Shown piece by piece: positions 35,247 to 43,902 of a stretch of DNA of 64,000 nucleotides. Each line of letters opens with the position of its first letter. Positions within the stretch are counted from its first letter, which is position 1. The notes below the pieces were generated by a model. The model was given only the letters and a program-made list of their open reading frames with translations. It made no database searches and was not told where the DNA came from. Location of the stretch: NCBI GenBank assembly GCA_965200205.1, contig CBDAUI010000002.1, positions 319,837 to 383,836 of the forward strand, read 5' to 3'. The position numbers were made by a program, and so were the translations under genes. This DNA is from Candidatus Poribacteria bacterium. Lineage in GTDB: Bacteria; Poribacteria; WGA-4E; WGA-3G.

Positions 35247-35280
35247 ACCCCCCTAACCCCCCTTATCAGGGGGGAATAAG
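35247..35280. repeat. Hairpin element P2 (ACCCCCCTAACCCCCCTTATCAGGGGGGAATAAG)
   Basis: Stem CCCCCC / GGGGGG with loop TTATCA. The CCCTAA prefix is shared with 46962-46996. Confidence 0.7.
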
Positions 35281-35637
35281 ATGGGAATCGCTTCAACTTG
35301 ATGTGTTTCAATAATTATGGGCTTGAGTATAAAAGACGTTCCGATAAAATAATCCATTGAGAATTAGGTTTTTAGTCTAACAGAATCCGATTTAGATGTC
35401 AAGCGAAGAAGTACGCAGTTTTGGGTTTGCAAATTACACCCAGATCGTGCTATTATTAACACGAGTTGCCACCTTGTAGCATAATCTTTTAGATTGTGCC
35501 TGAAAAGGTTCTCCGCAAACTAAAAGTTCGCGCTACAAAATGCTTGAATAAAGGACGTTTTTCAGTGAAAAATGAGGTCTGCAGGTCTAATATCTTGTAA
35601 ATAGCAACTTGGGTTATAAATAGGGACACATCGCCGA

Positions 35638-37449
35638 ATGAATATCCGCGCACAATTGACGTTCAGGTACATCATCATCGTCCTTTTGGTGTTATTTGCG
35701 ATGTACCTCTATCTCGGCACGGCACTCAAAGGCTTCCTTAGCACTCGGATTACCGCAGATTTGGAAGTTCACGCGATATTGACGCGCGAAATTCTCATCG
35801 AAAAATTACCCGCTAAAGATAACTTTACATACAACGCGATAGACCCGCTCATTGACAGGCTCGGAGAAACCAGCGGTGCTCGGTTGACGTTCATCGACAT
35901 GGAGGGTACTGTTTGGGGCGACACCGAACGGGATGGCGCAGCACTCCGTGCGATGGACAATCACCTGACACGACCGGAGGTGCAGGACGCACTCCAGTTC
36001 GGTAGCGGGATTCGCGACAGATACAGCGACACAACGCAGACAGAATTCCGTTACTATGCGATGCCGATATACCAGCAAACCGCATCCGCTGAAGAGGCCG
36101 ACTTAATAGGTATTTTCCGCGTCGCACTCCCGATGAAAACCGTCAACACGGCAATCGACACCCTCCGGCAGATCGTTCTGTTCGCAAGTATCGCCGGATT
36201 AATCCTTGTGATTGTGTTCAGTATTTTTTCGACGGGTGCGATTATAAAACCGATTGAGAAATTAACACAGATGACGCAATCTCTCGCGGCTGGTCGGATT
36301 GACTCGCGTGTACCTGTCGATTCTAAAAATGAGCTCGGACGACTCTCACGCAATTTCAACCTTATGGCAGACCGGGTCCAGGAACAGATTGACCAGATCT
36401 CTGAAGAACACCGACGCTTGGAAACCATTCTCACAACTATGGGTGAAGGCGTACTCCTCGTGAACGGTGCTTTTGAAATTACCTACGCCAACCCGACTGC
36501 GATCTCTATGTTGTCCCTCCCGGAAGCACATATCGGAAAAGCGTTGATTGAAATCAATCGCATCCCGAGGTTACAGACGCTCCTCCAGATGGCAGAACAG
36601 ACCGAGACTGTAGCGTTCGCAGAAATCCGTCTTGGCAACATAACGGAACCGGAAGCAGAGGTAACGGTTGTCCCTGTTGCTGCGGGTGAAGAGTATGTTA
36701 TCGTCATTCACGATGTAACCAAAGAGCGACAGTTAGAGCGGATACGCGCCGATTTTGTTGCAAACGTCTCACACGAACTCCGTACGCCGCTCACAACGAT
36801 CCGAGGTTACGCCGAAACGTTGCTTAATGAGGATGCGACACGAACGAAGGTACAAGAGCAGTTCGTTGTGAAAATTCTTAACCACGCGTCTCGGCTTTCA
36901 AGATTGGTCTCGGAGCTCCTCGAGCTCTCAAGGCTTGAGTCTGGCGATGTCGAATTGAGACGCACACTGTGCCACCTGAACACCTTCTATGCGCCGATTT
37001 TAGATGTATTTGAACCTATCTTGGAAGCGTCCGAATTGGTTTTAAGATGGGATATCCCGGAAGGGCTGCCACAGGTGCGTGTAGATCAGCAGCTTTTCAT
37101 GCAAGTGCTTGTGAATCTGATAGACAACGCCATCAAATACACGCCGGATGGCGGCGAAATTACGGTTTCAGCAGAGACGCGTCCCGATGAAACGGCTGAA
37201 GAATCCGATATAAATTCAGGAGAGATTGTCATGCATGTCCAAGATACCGGCATCGGTATCCCGATGGAATCCCAATCCCGTGTGTTTGAGCGGTTCTATC
37301 GTGTGGATAAAGGACGCGCAAGAGAGATGGGAGGAACAGGATTGGGTTTGGCGATCACGAAACACATTGTGCTACGTCATAACGGACGGATCTGGTTGGA
37401 CAGCACTTTGGGACGTGGGAGTACATTCCACGTAGCGATTCCGTTATAG
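35638..37449 (+). CDS. Sensor histidine kinase, PhoR-like (TM-HAMP-PAS-HisKA-HATPase)
   Basis: H-box SHELRTPLTTIRGYAE, N-box LIDNAIKYTP, DTGIGIP, GGTGLGLAI. Two N-terminal TM helices. No response regulator is adjacent. Confidence 0.9.
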   Translation: MNIRAQLTFRYIIIVLLVLFAMYLYLGTALKGFLSTRITADLEVHAILTREILIEKLPAKDNFTYNAIDPLIDRLGETSGARLTFIDMEGTVWGDTERDGAALRAMDNHLTRPEVQDALQFGSGIRDRYSDTTQTEFRYYAMPIYQQTASAEEADLIGIFRVALPMKTVNTAIDTLRQIVLFASIAGLILVIVFSIFSTGAIIKPIEKLTQMTQSLAAGRIDSRVPVDSKNELGRLSRNFNLMADRVQEQIDQISEEHRRLETILTTMGEGVLLVNGAFEITYANPTAISMLSLPEAHIGKALIEINRIPRLQTLLQMAEQTETVAFAEIRLGNITEPEAEVTVVPVAAGEEYVIVIHDVTKERQLERIRADFVANVSHELRTPLTTIRGYAETLLNEDATRTKVQEQFVVKILNHASRLSRLVSELLELSRLESGDVELRRTLCHLNTFYAPILDVFEPILEASELVLRWDIPEGLPQVRVDQQLFMQVLVNLIDNAIKYTPDGGEITVSAETRPDETAEESDINSGEIVMHVQDTGIGIPMESQSRVFERFYRVDKGRAREMGGTGLGLAITKHIVLRHNGRIWLDSTLGRGSTFHVAIPL

Positions 37450-37537
37450 ACAGGACTGACGCAGCACCCACTGCAGGCGGGGTTTCAAACCCCGCCTGCA
37501 CTGCATACGGCATTCCACGTGGCGATTCCGTTATAGA
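37424..37537. repeat. 27-nt direct repeat pair flanking a 60-nt palindromic insert
   Basis: CATTCCACGTAGCGATTCCGTTATAGA (37424-37450, the kinase 3' end plus stop) is repeated at 37511-37537 with one mismatch. Confidence 0.85.
37472..37500. terminator. Palindromic element P1 / bidirectional terminator-like hairpin
   Basis: Perfect 13-bp stem TGCAGGCGGGGTT / AACCCCGCCTGCA with loop TCA, between convergent genes. Confidence 0.6.
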
Positions 37538-37551
37538 TTGACCTTTACGGA

Positions 37552-38241
37552 TTAAATTTTCCACGTCTCTTGTGTGTACGCCATCTCCCAGAAGAGATAC
37601 TCATAACGGCTGCTCGTCAAAAAATAGCCTTTAATCCGCGTTTTTTGTGCAACACTATATTCTTGCGTCAGGTTGTTGAGTAGACCCCTCAGCGACGCGC
37701 CTAACGACAGAAATTCAGCGGAGGCGTACATATCGATCCACTCCTGATAGAGCGGTTCAGGTGAACCTCCGGCTTTGGCGAGCGTTGTGCCGATTTCCGC
37801 GTAACCCCACTGGCAGGGTAGCACACCGGCGATGAGTTCCGCCAAAGTACCGATTTCCGCGACGTTCAGCAGATGCCGCGTATACGCGTGCGTTGTCGGT
37901 GCCATTGACGCGGCTTCCATTTCCGCAGCGGAGATACCAAACTTTTCGCAGTATCCACGGTGCAAGTCCATCTCTGTGTTCAACGTCTCGTTGAGCAGCT
38001 GCGAAAACATCGCCATCGTCGGTTCATCGTGTGCCTTGATGACACCGTGCGCGAACACGCGGCTATAGTCAAGCAAAAAAAGGTAATCTTGAATCAGGTA
38101 GAACTTAAACTTCTCTGTAGGGAGACTGCCGTCAGCGATGCCACGGACGAACGGATGTTTAAGATCCGCTTCCCAAATATGTGCAGCGACGCGTCTAAGT
38201 TCATCGGTAAATTGCTTGTTTTGTGTCATACGTATTATCAA
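37552..38241 (-). CDS. tenA: Thiaminase II / aminopyrimidine aminohydrolase
   Basis: FTDELRRVAAHIWEADLKHPFVRGIADGSLPTEKFKFYLIQDYLFL, characteristic of the TenA family. Confidence 0.85.
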   Translation of the reverse strand: MIIRMTQNKQFTDELRRVAAHIWEADLKHPFVRGIADGSLPTEKFKFYLIQDYLFLLDYSRVFAHGVIKAHDEPTMAMFSQLLNETLNTEMDLHRGYCEKFGISAAEMEAASMAPTTHAYTRHLLNVAEIGTLAELIAGVLPCQWGYAEIGTTLAKAGGSPEPLYQEWIDMYASAEFLSLGASLRGLLNNLTQEYSVAQKTRIKGYFLTSSRYEYLFWEMAYTQETWKI

Positions 38242-38264
38242 ACTCCCCTAAAGTATGCTATAAT
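38235..38264 (+). promoter_or_regulatory. Putative sigma-70 promoter with extended -10
   Basis: TTATCA (38235-38240), 18-nt spacer, TGcTATAAT (TATAAT at 38259-38264), 43 nt before the ATG at 38307. Confidence 0.4.
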
Positions 38265-38306
38265 GTTTTGCTGTATATCATACCCTAACGGAACAAGGAT
38301 GTCAAA

Positions 38307-39206
38307 ATGTTTGAAAAACTCGGAATCGTAACCAATATCTGGGCTGAAGAGATGGCAAACGGTGCACGCTTTGATGACCTGATGGTGGAATTCGGTGCGA
38401 ACGGATTCAGAGATATGGAAGTCCGTGAAGGCGACTATCTCCGGAACTCCGAATTCGGGGAACTCATCCAAGGGATTGAATCCACGATGCCCGCGTACAC
38501 CGATACCGAATTCAGAGTCATCTCTGACGCTGTCTGGACTGAAAAGCCGTTCCAAACGGAACATCGTACACTTTTCGAGGCGTTCGCCGATTTTGCCCGG
38601 AAAGCGGAGGGGCTCACCTTAAGTTATGCCATGTCGCACCCTTGGCTTTCATCGCCAGTCGATCGTGAAGCAGATACACAGCAAATCATCAAGGCAAAAA
38701 AGTTAGCATACCTGTTCTGTCCGCAAAGACCGAGACTCCGACTCGTAGACCTCGACACCGAAGGCGATATTGACGAACCCGCGGCGATCGCTAACCTCAA
38801 ACACTACGCTGCGCTGCTACCGGACTCTCCGATGGTCTTCGCTGTAGAGAACGCTCGCCAGACCGCTACACTCACCTTGGAATTAGCAGTCGCGGGTGGT
38901 GCGAAACTTACTTATGACGAAACAAACACCTATCGCGCCGATGGTACAACACTGAACGATCCCGACGAATTCTGGGCAACTGTCAGAATGACGGATCTCA
39001 CGTCGGTACATTTCAAACAGAAAAACGGAGATGGTGTTCTCTCAGAAGTCGGCGACGGTTATGTCAATTTTCGTGCGATTGCGGAACACCTAAAAACAGG
39101 AAACTATACCGGCGACCTGCTCCTTGAGAACACACCGACTTCACATTCTTTGCGTGATGCCCTGCGGAGTCGGGAATATCTTCTTTTGTTTGAGCGTCTG
39201 TCTTAA
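38307..39206 (+). CDS. Putative xylose-isomerase-like TIM-barrel protein
   Basis: Length and N-terminal pattern (LGIVTNIW...GFRDMEVREGDYL) resemble sugar-phosphate isomerase/epimerase-fold proteins. This is a weak call. Confidence 0.4.
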   Translation: MFEKLGIVTNIWAEEMANGARFDDLMVEFGANGFRDMEVREGDYLRNSEFGELIQGIESTMPAYTDTEFRVISDAVWTEKPFQTEHRTLFEAFADFARKAEGLTLSYAMSHPWLSSPVDREADTQQIIKAKKLAYLFCPQRPRLRLVDLDTEGDIDEPAAIANLKHYAALLPDSPMVFAVENARQTATLTLELAVAGGAKLTYDETNTYRADGTTLNDPDEFWATVRMTDLTSVHFKQKNGDGVLSEVGDGYVNFRAIAEHLKTGNYTGDLLLENTPTSHSLRDALRSREYLLLFERLS

Positions 39207-39268
39207 CCTTGTCACAGGTGTGCTTTCAAGCATTCTTGGGGCAACTTCGGTTTCTGCAATTTCTCGCC

Positions 39269-40120
39269 CTAAAAGGATGGCTCGCTTGATTGTTCGGCTT
39301 CTGTTTTCGGTTCTTCGGGCGGTGTGGGTGCTTTATCTTCAGATTCTTCCGCTGCGGTAACCGGGACTTCGCTCTCCTGAGCAGCTGTGGTGAGCTGCTT
39401 GATCCGTTCACAGAGGTCGTTAAGTAACTGCGGTGTGGTTTCCGCTGCCTTGAGTTCTGCTGAAAGTTGTGTCCATTGCATCTCGCTCATATCGTTTCGG
39501 GATTCCACACTGTATTTGCGTTTAATGTAATTCCAGAGGTCTGCCTTGGTAACCCCTTTTTTCGAGAGGGGTTCTTCGAGATTATTCGCAATGGCGAAGG
39601 CAGCTTTTTGGGCTTGCACGATATTACCACTACCGAGTTGTGCTTGGGGTTGTGCTGCTGAATTACCGCTTCCGGCTTTCCGATTCAGATAGAAGTTGAG
39701 TACCTCACGGATGACCGGCACAGGAATCAACTGTTTAATGGCGTTCCGCTGTGCTTTGTGGATCGCCTTCGTAAATGCGAACGGATCTGGACGACTACCG
39801 TTCATTTTCGGCTGTTCATAAGCACCAAAGCGCGATGAACCGGTGATTGTATCGATTGCCTTAGCCGTCGCAATCCAAGAGTTGTCGCGTTCTTCGTAAT
39901 TAACCTCTTCAACCTGGATACCGCCGCGACGATTCGCAGCTTCGTTGATACCTGCCAAAGTCAGACCTTCAACGGTGCGTCCGCCCTGTTTAAAGGAATA
40001 GACGTAATCCTGAATCGTTTGACCTGTCATGAGTTCAACAATTGCTTGGTCGTCAACTTGATCAACGACATCATATTCAGCGGTAACAGGGACTATTTCG
40101 TCCTTTTTTTCTTCAGCCAT
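39269..40120 (-). CDS. Hypothetical protein with a low-complexity acidic tail
   Basis: 283-aa ATG ORF standing alone between convergent and divergent neighbours. The N-terminal domain is ...GLTLAGINEAANRRGGIQV...FTKAIHKAQRNAIKQLIP. Confidence 0.55.
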   Translation of the reverse strand: MAEEKKDEIVPVTAEYDVVDQVDDQAIVELMTGQTIQDYVYSFKQGGRTVEGLTLAGINEAANRRGGIQVEEVNYEERDNSWIATAKAIDTITGSSRFGAYEQPKMNGSRPDPFAFTKAIHKAQRNAIKQLIPVPVIREVLNFYLNRKAGSGNSAAQPQAQLGSGNIVQAQKAAFAIANNLEEPLSKKGVTKADLWNYIKRKYSVESRNDMSEMQWTQLSAELKAAETTPQLLNDLCERIKQLTTAAQESEVPVTAAEESEDKAPTPPEEPKTEAEQSSEPSF

Positions 40121-40331
40121 GATATTCTCCGAAATTGATAATTTGTTCCCGATTCAGATGCATGTTGTGCAGGAACGGTTTGCTTTATGATACGATTTTA
40201 TAGCCAATTTGTCAACTGAAATATCCGAAACATTTGCGTTCACCCCAACTGACGCGCCTAATCCAAATTTACATTATATATGATAACATATTTAATCAAA
40301 AAATGCAAATTTATTTCTCGACACGAAAAAC

Positions 40332-40360
40332 TTGATTTACAACGCTAATGCTGCTACAAT
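40332..40360 (+). promoter_or_regulatory. Putative sigma-70 promoter
   Basis: TTGATT (40332-40337), 17-nt spacer, TACAAT (40355-40360), 33 nt before the ATG at 40394. Confidence 0.5.
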
Positions 40361-40393
40361 AACAGGAAATTTCGGTTGGTGTGTTGGTGAACG

Positions 40394-41986
40394 ATGGCGA
40401 CCTCACTACTTCAGATGCAGGCGATAACGAAAGATTTCCCAGGCGTGCGCGCTTTGGACAACGCCTCCTTCGAGGTACGTCCGGGTGAGATTCATGCGCT
40501 CTGTGGTGAAAACGGTGCCGGTAAATCGACGCTCATTAAAATTCTCGGCGGCGTTTATCCGTTCGATACCTACAGCGGCGAAATGCGTATCAACGGGATT
40601 GAGCAGCAGTTCCATTCTGTTCGCGACGCAGAACGCGCCGGAATCGCCATTATCCACCAAGAATTGGCACTCATCCCTGAGATGACCGTCGCAGAGAACA
40701 TCTATCTCGGTAGGGAACCGCGACGGTTCGGCATCATTGATAGGCATCGCCTCTACCACGAGGCAGGCGAACTGCTCTCACAGTTTGGGTTGACACTCCC
40801 TTTAGAGAAACCGATCTACGAACTCGGCATCGGACAGCAACAACTCGTGGAGATCGCAAAGGCTTTAGGGCGCAGCTTGCAAGCCCATATTGATCAGCGG
40901 CGCAGTTTACAAACTGATGCCGACGGGTCTGGCAATGCGCTGCTCCTTGTACTTGACGAGCCGACAGCCGCGTTGACCGAAAGCGAGGTGGACATCCTCC
41001 GCGAGATTCTTAATCGGCTTCGCGAAAACGGTGTCGCTTGTATCTATATCACGCATAAGCTCAAGGAGATTTTTCAAATCGCTGACCGTGTAACCGTGCT
41101 ACGCGACGGTAAAACGGTCGCGACGCAATCCGTTAAATCCGATGGATGTACTGAAGATGTGCTAATTTCACAGATGGTCGGCAGGGAATTGACGACGCTT
41201 TTCCCCGAAAGGCAAACTGAATACAGTTCTGATCGTAAGGAGATCGCGCTACGGGTCGAGAATCTAAGTACCTATCCATCAGAACCGCCACGGCTCGAAA
41301 ATGTCAGCTTTGAAGTGCGGCGCGGTGAGATCCTCGGTATCGCAGGTCTCATGGGTGCCGGTAGGACGGAACTGATCGGTACGATCTTTGGTGCTTACGC
41401 TGGCAAGTGGGATGGTGAGGTCTTCATAGAAGATGAACCTGTCCAGATTCAGACACCGCACGCGTCGATACAACACGGTATGGGTCTTGTCAGCGAGGAT
41501 CGGAAACGCTACGGGCTGCTGATGGATGTCGATGTTGTCCATAATATGACGCTGGCGAGTCTCGGTTTATCGGCGGACCTCGTATCTTATGGTATAATTA
41601 ACCACAACGCCGCGTCGGATAAAAGTGCACACTATGTCGAGAGGCTTCAGATTAAAACAACCTCGCTTGGGGTGCCTGTGAACCACCTCAGCGGTGGGAA
41701 TCAACAGAAGGTCGTTTTGGGCAAATGGTTGATGACGCACCCGAAAGTACTGTTCCTTGACGAACCGACGCGCGGCATTGATGTCGGTGCCAAAGCAGAG
41801 ATACACGCACTGATGGCGCAACTTGCACACGAAGGGGTCGCTATCGTCTTTGTATCGTCCGAACTGCCAGAGATCTTGGGCATGAGCGACCGCATCTTGG
41901 TGCTACATGAAGGCAGCGTCACAGGTGAATTTATCAACCATAACCTGACACAAGAGGAGATTCTAAGGTGCGCAGCTGGGGCGTGA
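40394..41986 (+). CDS. Sugar-importer-type ABC ATP-binding protein with two NBDs (RbsA/XylG/MglA-like)
   Basis: NBD1: GENGAGKST, LVLDEPTAAL. NBD2: GLMGAGRTE, LSGGNQQKVVLGKWL, LFLDEPTRGIDVGAK. There is an extra ~22-aa insert before Walker B of NBD1. Confidence 0.88.
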   Translation: MATSLLQMQAITKDFPGVRALDNASFEVRPGEIHALCGENGAGKSTLIKILGGVYPFDTYSGEMRINGIEQQFHSVRDAERAGIAIIHQELALIPEMTVAENIYLGREPRRFGIIDRHRLYHEAGELLSQFGLTLPLEKPIYELGIGQQQLVEIAKALGRSLQAHIDQRRSLQTDADGSGNALLLVLDEPTAALTESEVDILREILNRLRENGVACIYITHKLKEIFQIADRVTVLRDGKTVATQSVKSDGCTEDVLISQMVGRELTTLFPERQTEYSSDRKEIALRVENLSTYPSEPPRLENVSFEVRRGEILGIAGLMGAGRTELIGTIFGAYAGKWDGEVFIEDEPVQIQTPHASIQHGMGLVSEDRKRYGLLMDVDVVHNMTLASLGLSADLVSYGIINHNAASDKSAHYVERLQIKTTSLGVPVNHLSGGNQQKVVLGKWLMTHPKVLFLDEPTRGIDVGAKAEIHALMAQLAHEGVAIVFVSSELPEILGMSDRILVLHEGSVTGEFINHNLTQEEILRCAAGA

Positions 41987-42018
41987 AATCCGCTCAGCCC
42001 GAATTTGATGAGAGACCG

Positions 42019-42510
42019 ATGGAAAACAGAAGCAATAACTTTAAAACAGAGAGTCCAAAAGAGACGCAAGCACTCGGGGAGAAGGTTGGTAAAACCCTCA
42101 AGCAAGGCGATGTCATCGCACTTATCGGTGACCTCGGAACCGGTAAAACCTGTTTGACCCAAGGCATCGCTCGCGGTGTCGGCATCGCATCGGATGAAGT
42201 TGTCAACAGTCCTTCCTACATCCTGATTAACGAATACAGGGGCAGAATCCCGATCTACCACATCGACCTGTATCGGCTTGAGGACAGTGCCGAGATTGCC
42301 GAACTCGGGCTCAGCGAATATATTGAAAGCGACGGGATTTGCATCATCGAGTGGGCAGAACGGATGGCGGAGGCACTGCCTGACACCGCTATCAAAATCC
42401 GTATAACGTTGACGGAAGTTAGCAATAACGAGATGCTTGCACAGACGCTACAAAGTTCTGAAGATGAAAACATCCGACACATCGAAATCCAATATCCTAT
42501 ATCTCGATAG
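42019..42510 (+). CDS. tsaE: tRNA t6A37 biosynthesis ATPase TsaE
   Basis: LIGDLGTGKTCLTQGIARG P-loop, SPSYILINEY, IYHIDLYRL. ATG 42019 is preferred over the upstream alternative start that overlaps the ABC gene. Confidence 0.85.
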   Translation: MENRSNNFKTESPKETQALGEKVGKTLKQGDVIALIGDLGTGKTCLTQGIARGVGIASDEVVNSPSYILINEYRGRIPIYHIDLYRLEDSAEIAELGLSEYIESDGICIIEWAERMAEALPDTAIKIRITLTEVSNNEMLAQTLQSSEDENIRHIEIQYPISR

Positions 42511-43639
42511 CGGTTCAGGCATCGGCGGCGGACAACGGAGCCTTCTACTTCTGCTAAAGTTGTTGGACAAGGCGCGTTTCAGACCTTTTGTCGGGTGTCT
42601 CGGTGACAGTGACTTCGCAGTGGAGGTTGAGAAGACGGGCGCAAGCGTCGTCCCGCTCTCTCTGCCCGCTGCACACAATAAAACCGATAAGGTGAAGCGA
42701 TTCACCATCAGCGATCTGCTTGAGGATTTTCGACAGCTCCGTGTAATTTTTCAACTGCATCAGGCAGTCAAGCGGCATGCGATTGATCTGATTCATGCCA
42801 ACTCGCTTTCGGTGGCACTCCTCGGCGGAGTTGTTGCGAGGCTTCATCGGATTCCGATCCTGATGCACAAACGTTACGCCACCTCTTATGGCGTTCTCGA
42901 CAGAATCTGCGAAAGGCTTCTCCATCGTGTAATTCTCGTCTCGGAAGCAACCCGTTGGCGTTTCGCACCCGCAGCGAAACAGACGTTAATTTACAACGGC
43001 GTGGATTTGGACGCATTTCAGGCATCGCAGGAAGAGATCGAAACGTTTCGGAATGAACGCTTTCCGGATGGAACGCAACCTGATGCGCTCGTCGGAGTCG
43101 TAACGCGGATTACACCAGAGAAAGGTATCCACTTCTTGGTCCGGGCGATGCACGAACTCAAGGGAAAAGTAGATGTCCGGTTGCTGATTGTCGGGGGTCC
43201 CTATTTCCAAAAAGATGTTGAATATATGGGGACGCTCAAACAGGAAGTCGCAGAGTTAGGTGTTGAAGATTCGGTCATCTTCACCGGCTTCTTGTCGGAT
43301 ACACGTATCGTAACGAGTCTACTTGACATCGTGTTGGTGCCGTCAATTATTCCGGAGGCGTGTCCACGGACCATCATCGAAGCGATGGCAGTCGGTAAAC
43401 CGGTTATCGCAACACCGCTCGGCGGCAGCAAAGAACTCGTCACACCTGAAACTGGTCTTTTAGTGCCACCCGAAGATGCCTCAGCTGTTGCTGAGGCGAT
43501 TGCAACACTCGTATCAGATCGGGAACGATTAAAAGAAATGGGCAGAGCCTCGCGAAGTCGTGCCGTGGAACTATTTAGCAGCGAAAAGAATACCATTTTG
43601 ACAGAGGCTGTCTATACCGAACTCTTAACTATTAATTGA
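42464..43639 (+). CDS. GT4-family (GT-B fold) glycosyltransferase
   Basis: N-terminal ILYLDSGSGIGGGQRS and C-terminal EACPRTIIEAMAVGKPVIATPLGGSKELV. Confidence 0.85.
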   Translation: MKTSDTSKSNILYLDSGSGIGGGQRSLLLLLKLLDKARFRPFVGCLGDSDFAVEVEKTGASVVPLSLPAAHNKTDKVKRFTISDLLEDFRQLRVIFQLHQAVKRHAIDLIHANSLSVALLGGVVARLHRIPILMHKRYATSYGVLDRICERLLHRVILVSEATRWRFAPAAKQTLIYNGVDLDAFQASQEEIETFRNERFPDGTQPDALVGVVTRITPEKGIHFLVRAMHELKGKVDVRLLIVGGPYFQKDVEYMGTLKQEVAELGVEDSVIFTGFLSDTRIVTSLLDIVLVPSIIPEACPRTIIEAMAVGKPVIATPLGGSKELVTPETGLLVPPEDASAVAEAIATLVSDRERLKEMGRASRSRAVELFSSEKNTILTEAVYTELLTIN

Positions 43640-43689
43640 AGGTGGCATCGTAAGTTTCGGGGTCCCCAAGAAAGGTAGGGTTTTTGCTT

Positions 43690-43720
43690 AAGAAACACCC
43701 CAGCAAAAACGGTGTTTCTT
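43690..43720 (+). terminator. Hairpin element P3 / putative terminator
   Basis: 10-bp stem AAGAAACACC / GGTGTTTCTT with an 11-nt loop, 50 nt after the stop. The first 21 nt are identical to 63553-63573. Confidence 0.5.
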
Positions 43721-43722
43721 CA

Positions 43723-43854
43723 CTGTTTGGAACTGCGCCGGATTTTACCGCGGTCCTCCAAAAGGAAAGGTAGGTGCTGTTTAGAACTGCGCCGGATTTT
43801 ACCGCGGTCCTCCAAAAGGTAGGTGCTGTTTGGAACTGCGCCGGATTTTACCGC
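43723..43854. repeat. Tandem repeat, about 2.6 units of 49-54 nt
   Basis: Units at 43723-43776 (54 nt), 43777-43825 (49 nt) and 43826-43854 (partial). Consensus CTGTTTGGAACTGCGCCGGATTTTACCGCGGTCCTCCAAAAGG(AAAGG)TAGGTG. Confidence 0.85.
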
Positions 43855-43902
43855 ATTGAGCATAACCCTTAATCAGAATTGGTATAAAATTGAGGAACTA
43901 TT

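Noticed and set aside
38242-38306. TPP riboswitch upstream of tenA, and likewise upstream of yjbQ (50424-50562) and thiN (63586-63610)
   Set aside because: The spacers are short, and I could not find the conserved CTGAGA / ACCTGATCTGGATAATGCCAGCG-type blocks.
43723-43854. Possible CRISPR array
   Set aside because: The repeat units are contiguous with no unique spacers, there are only 2.6 units, and no cas genes are nearby. It is a plain tandem repeat.
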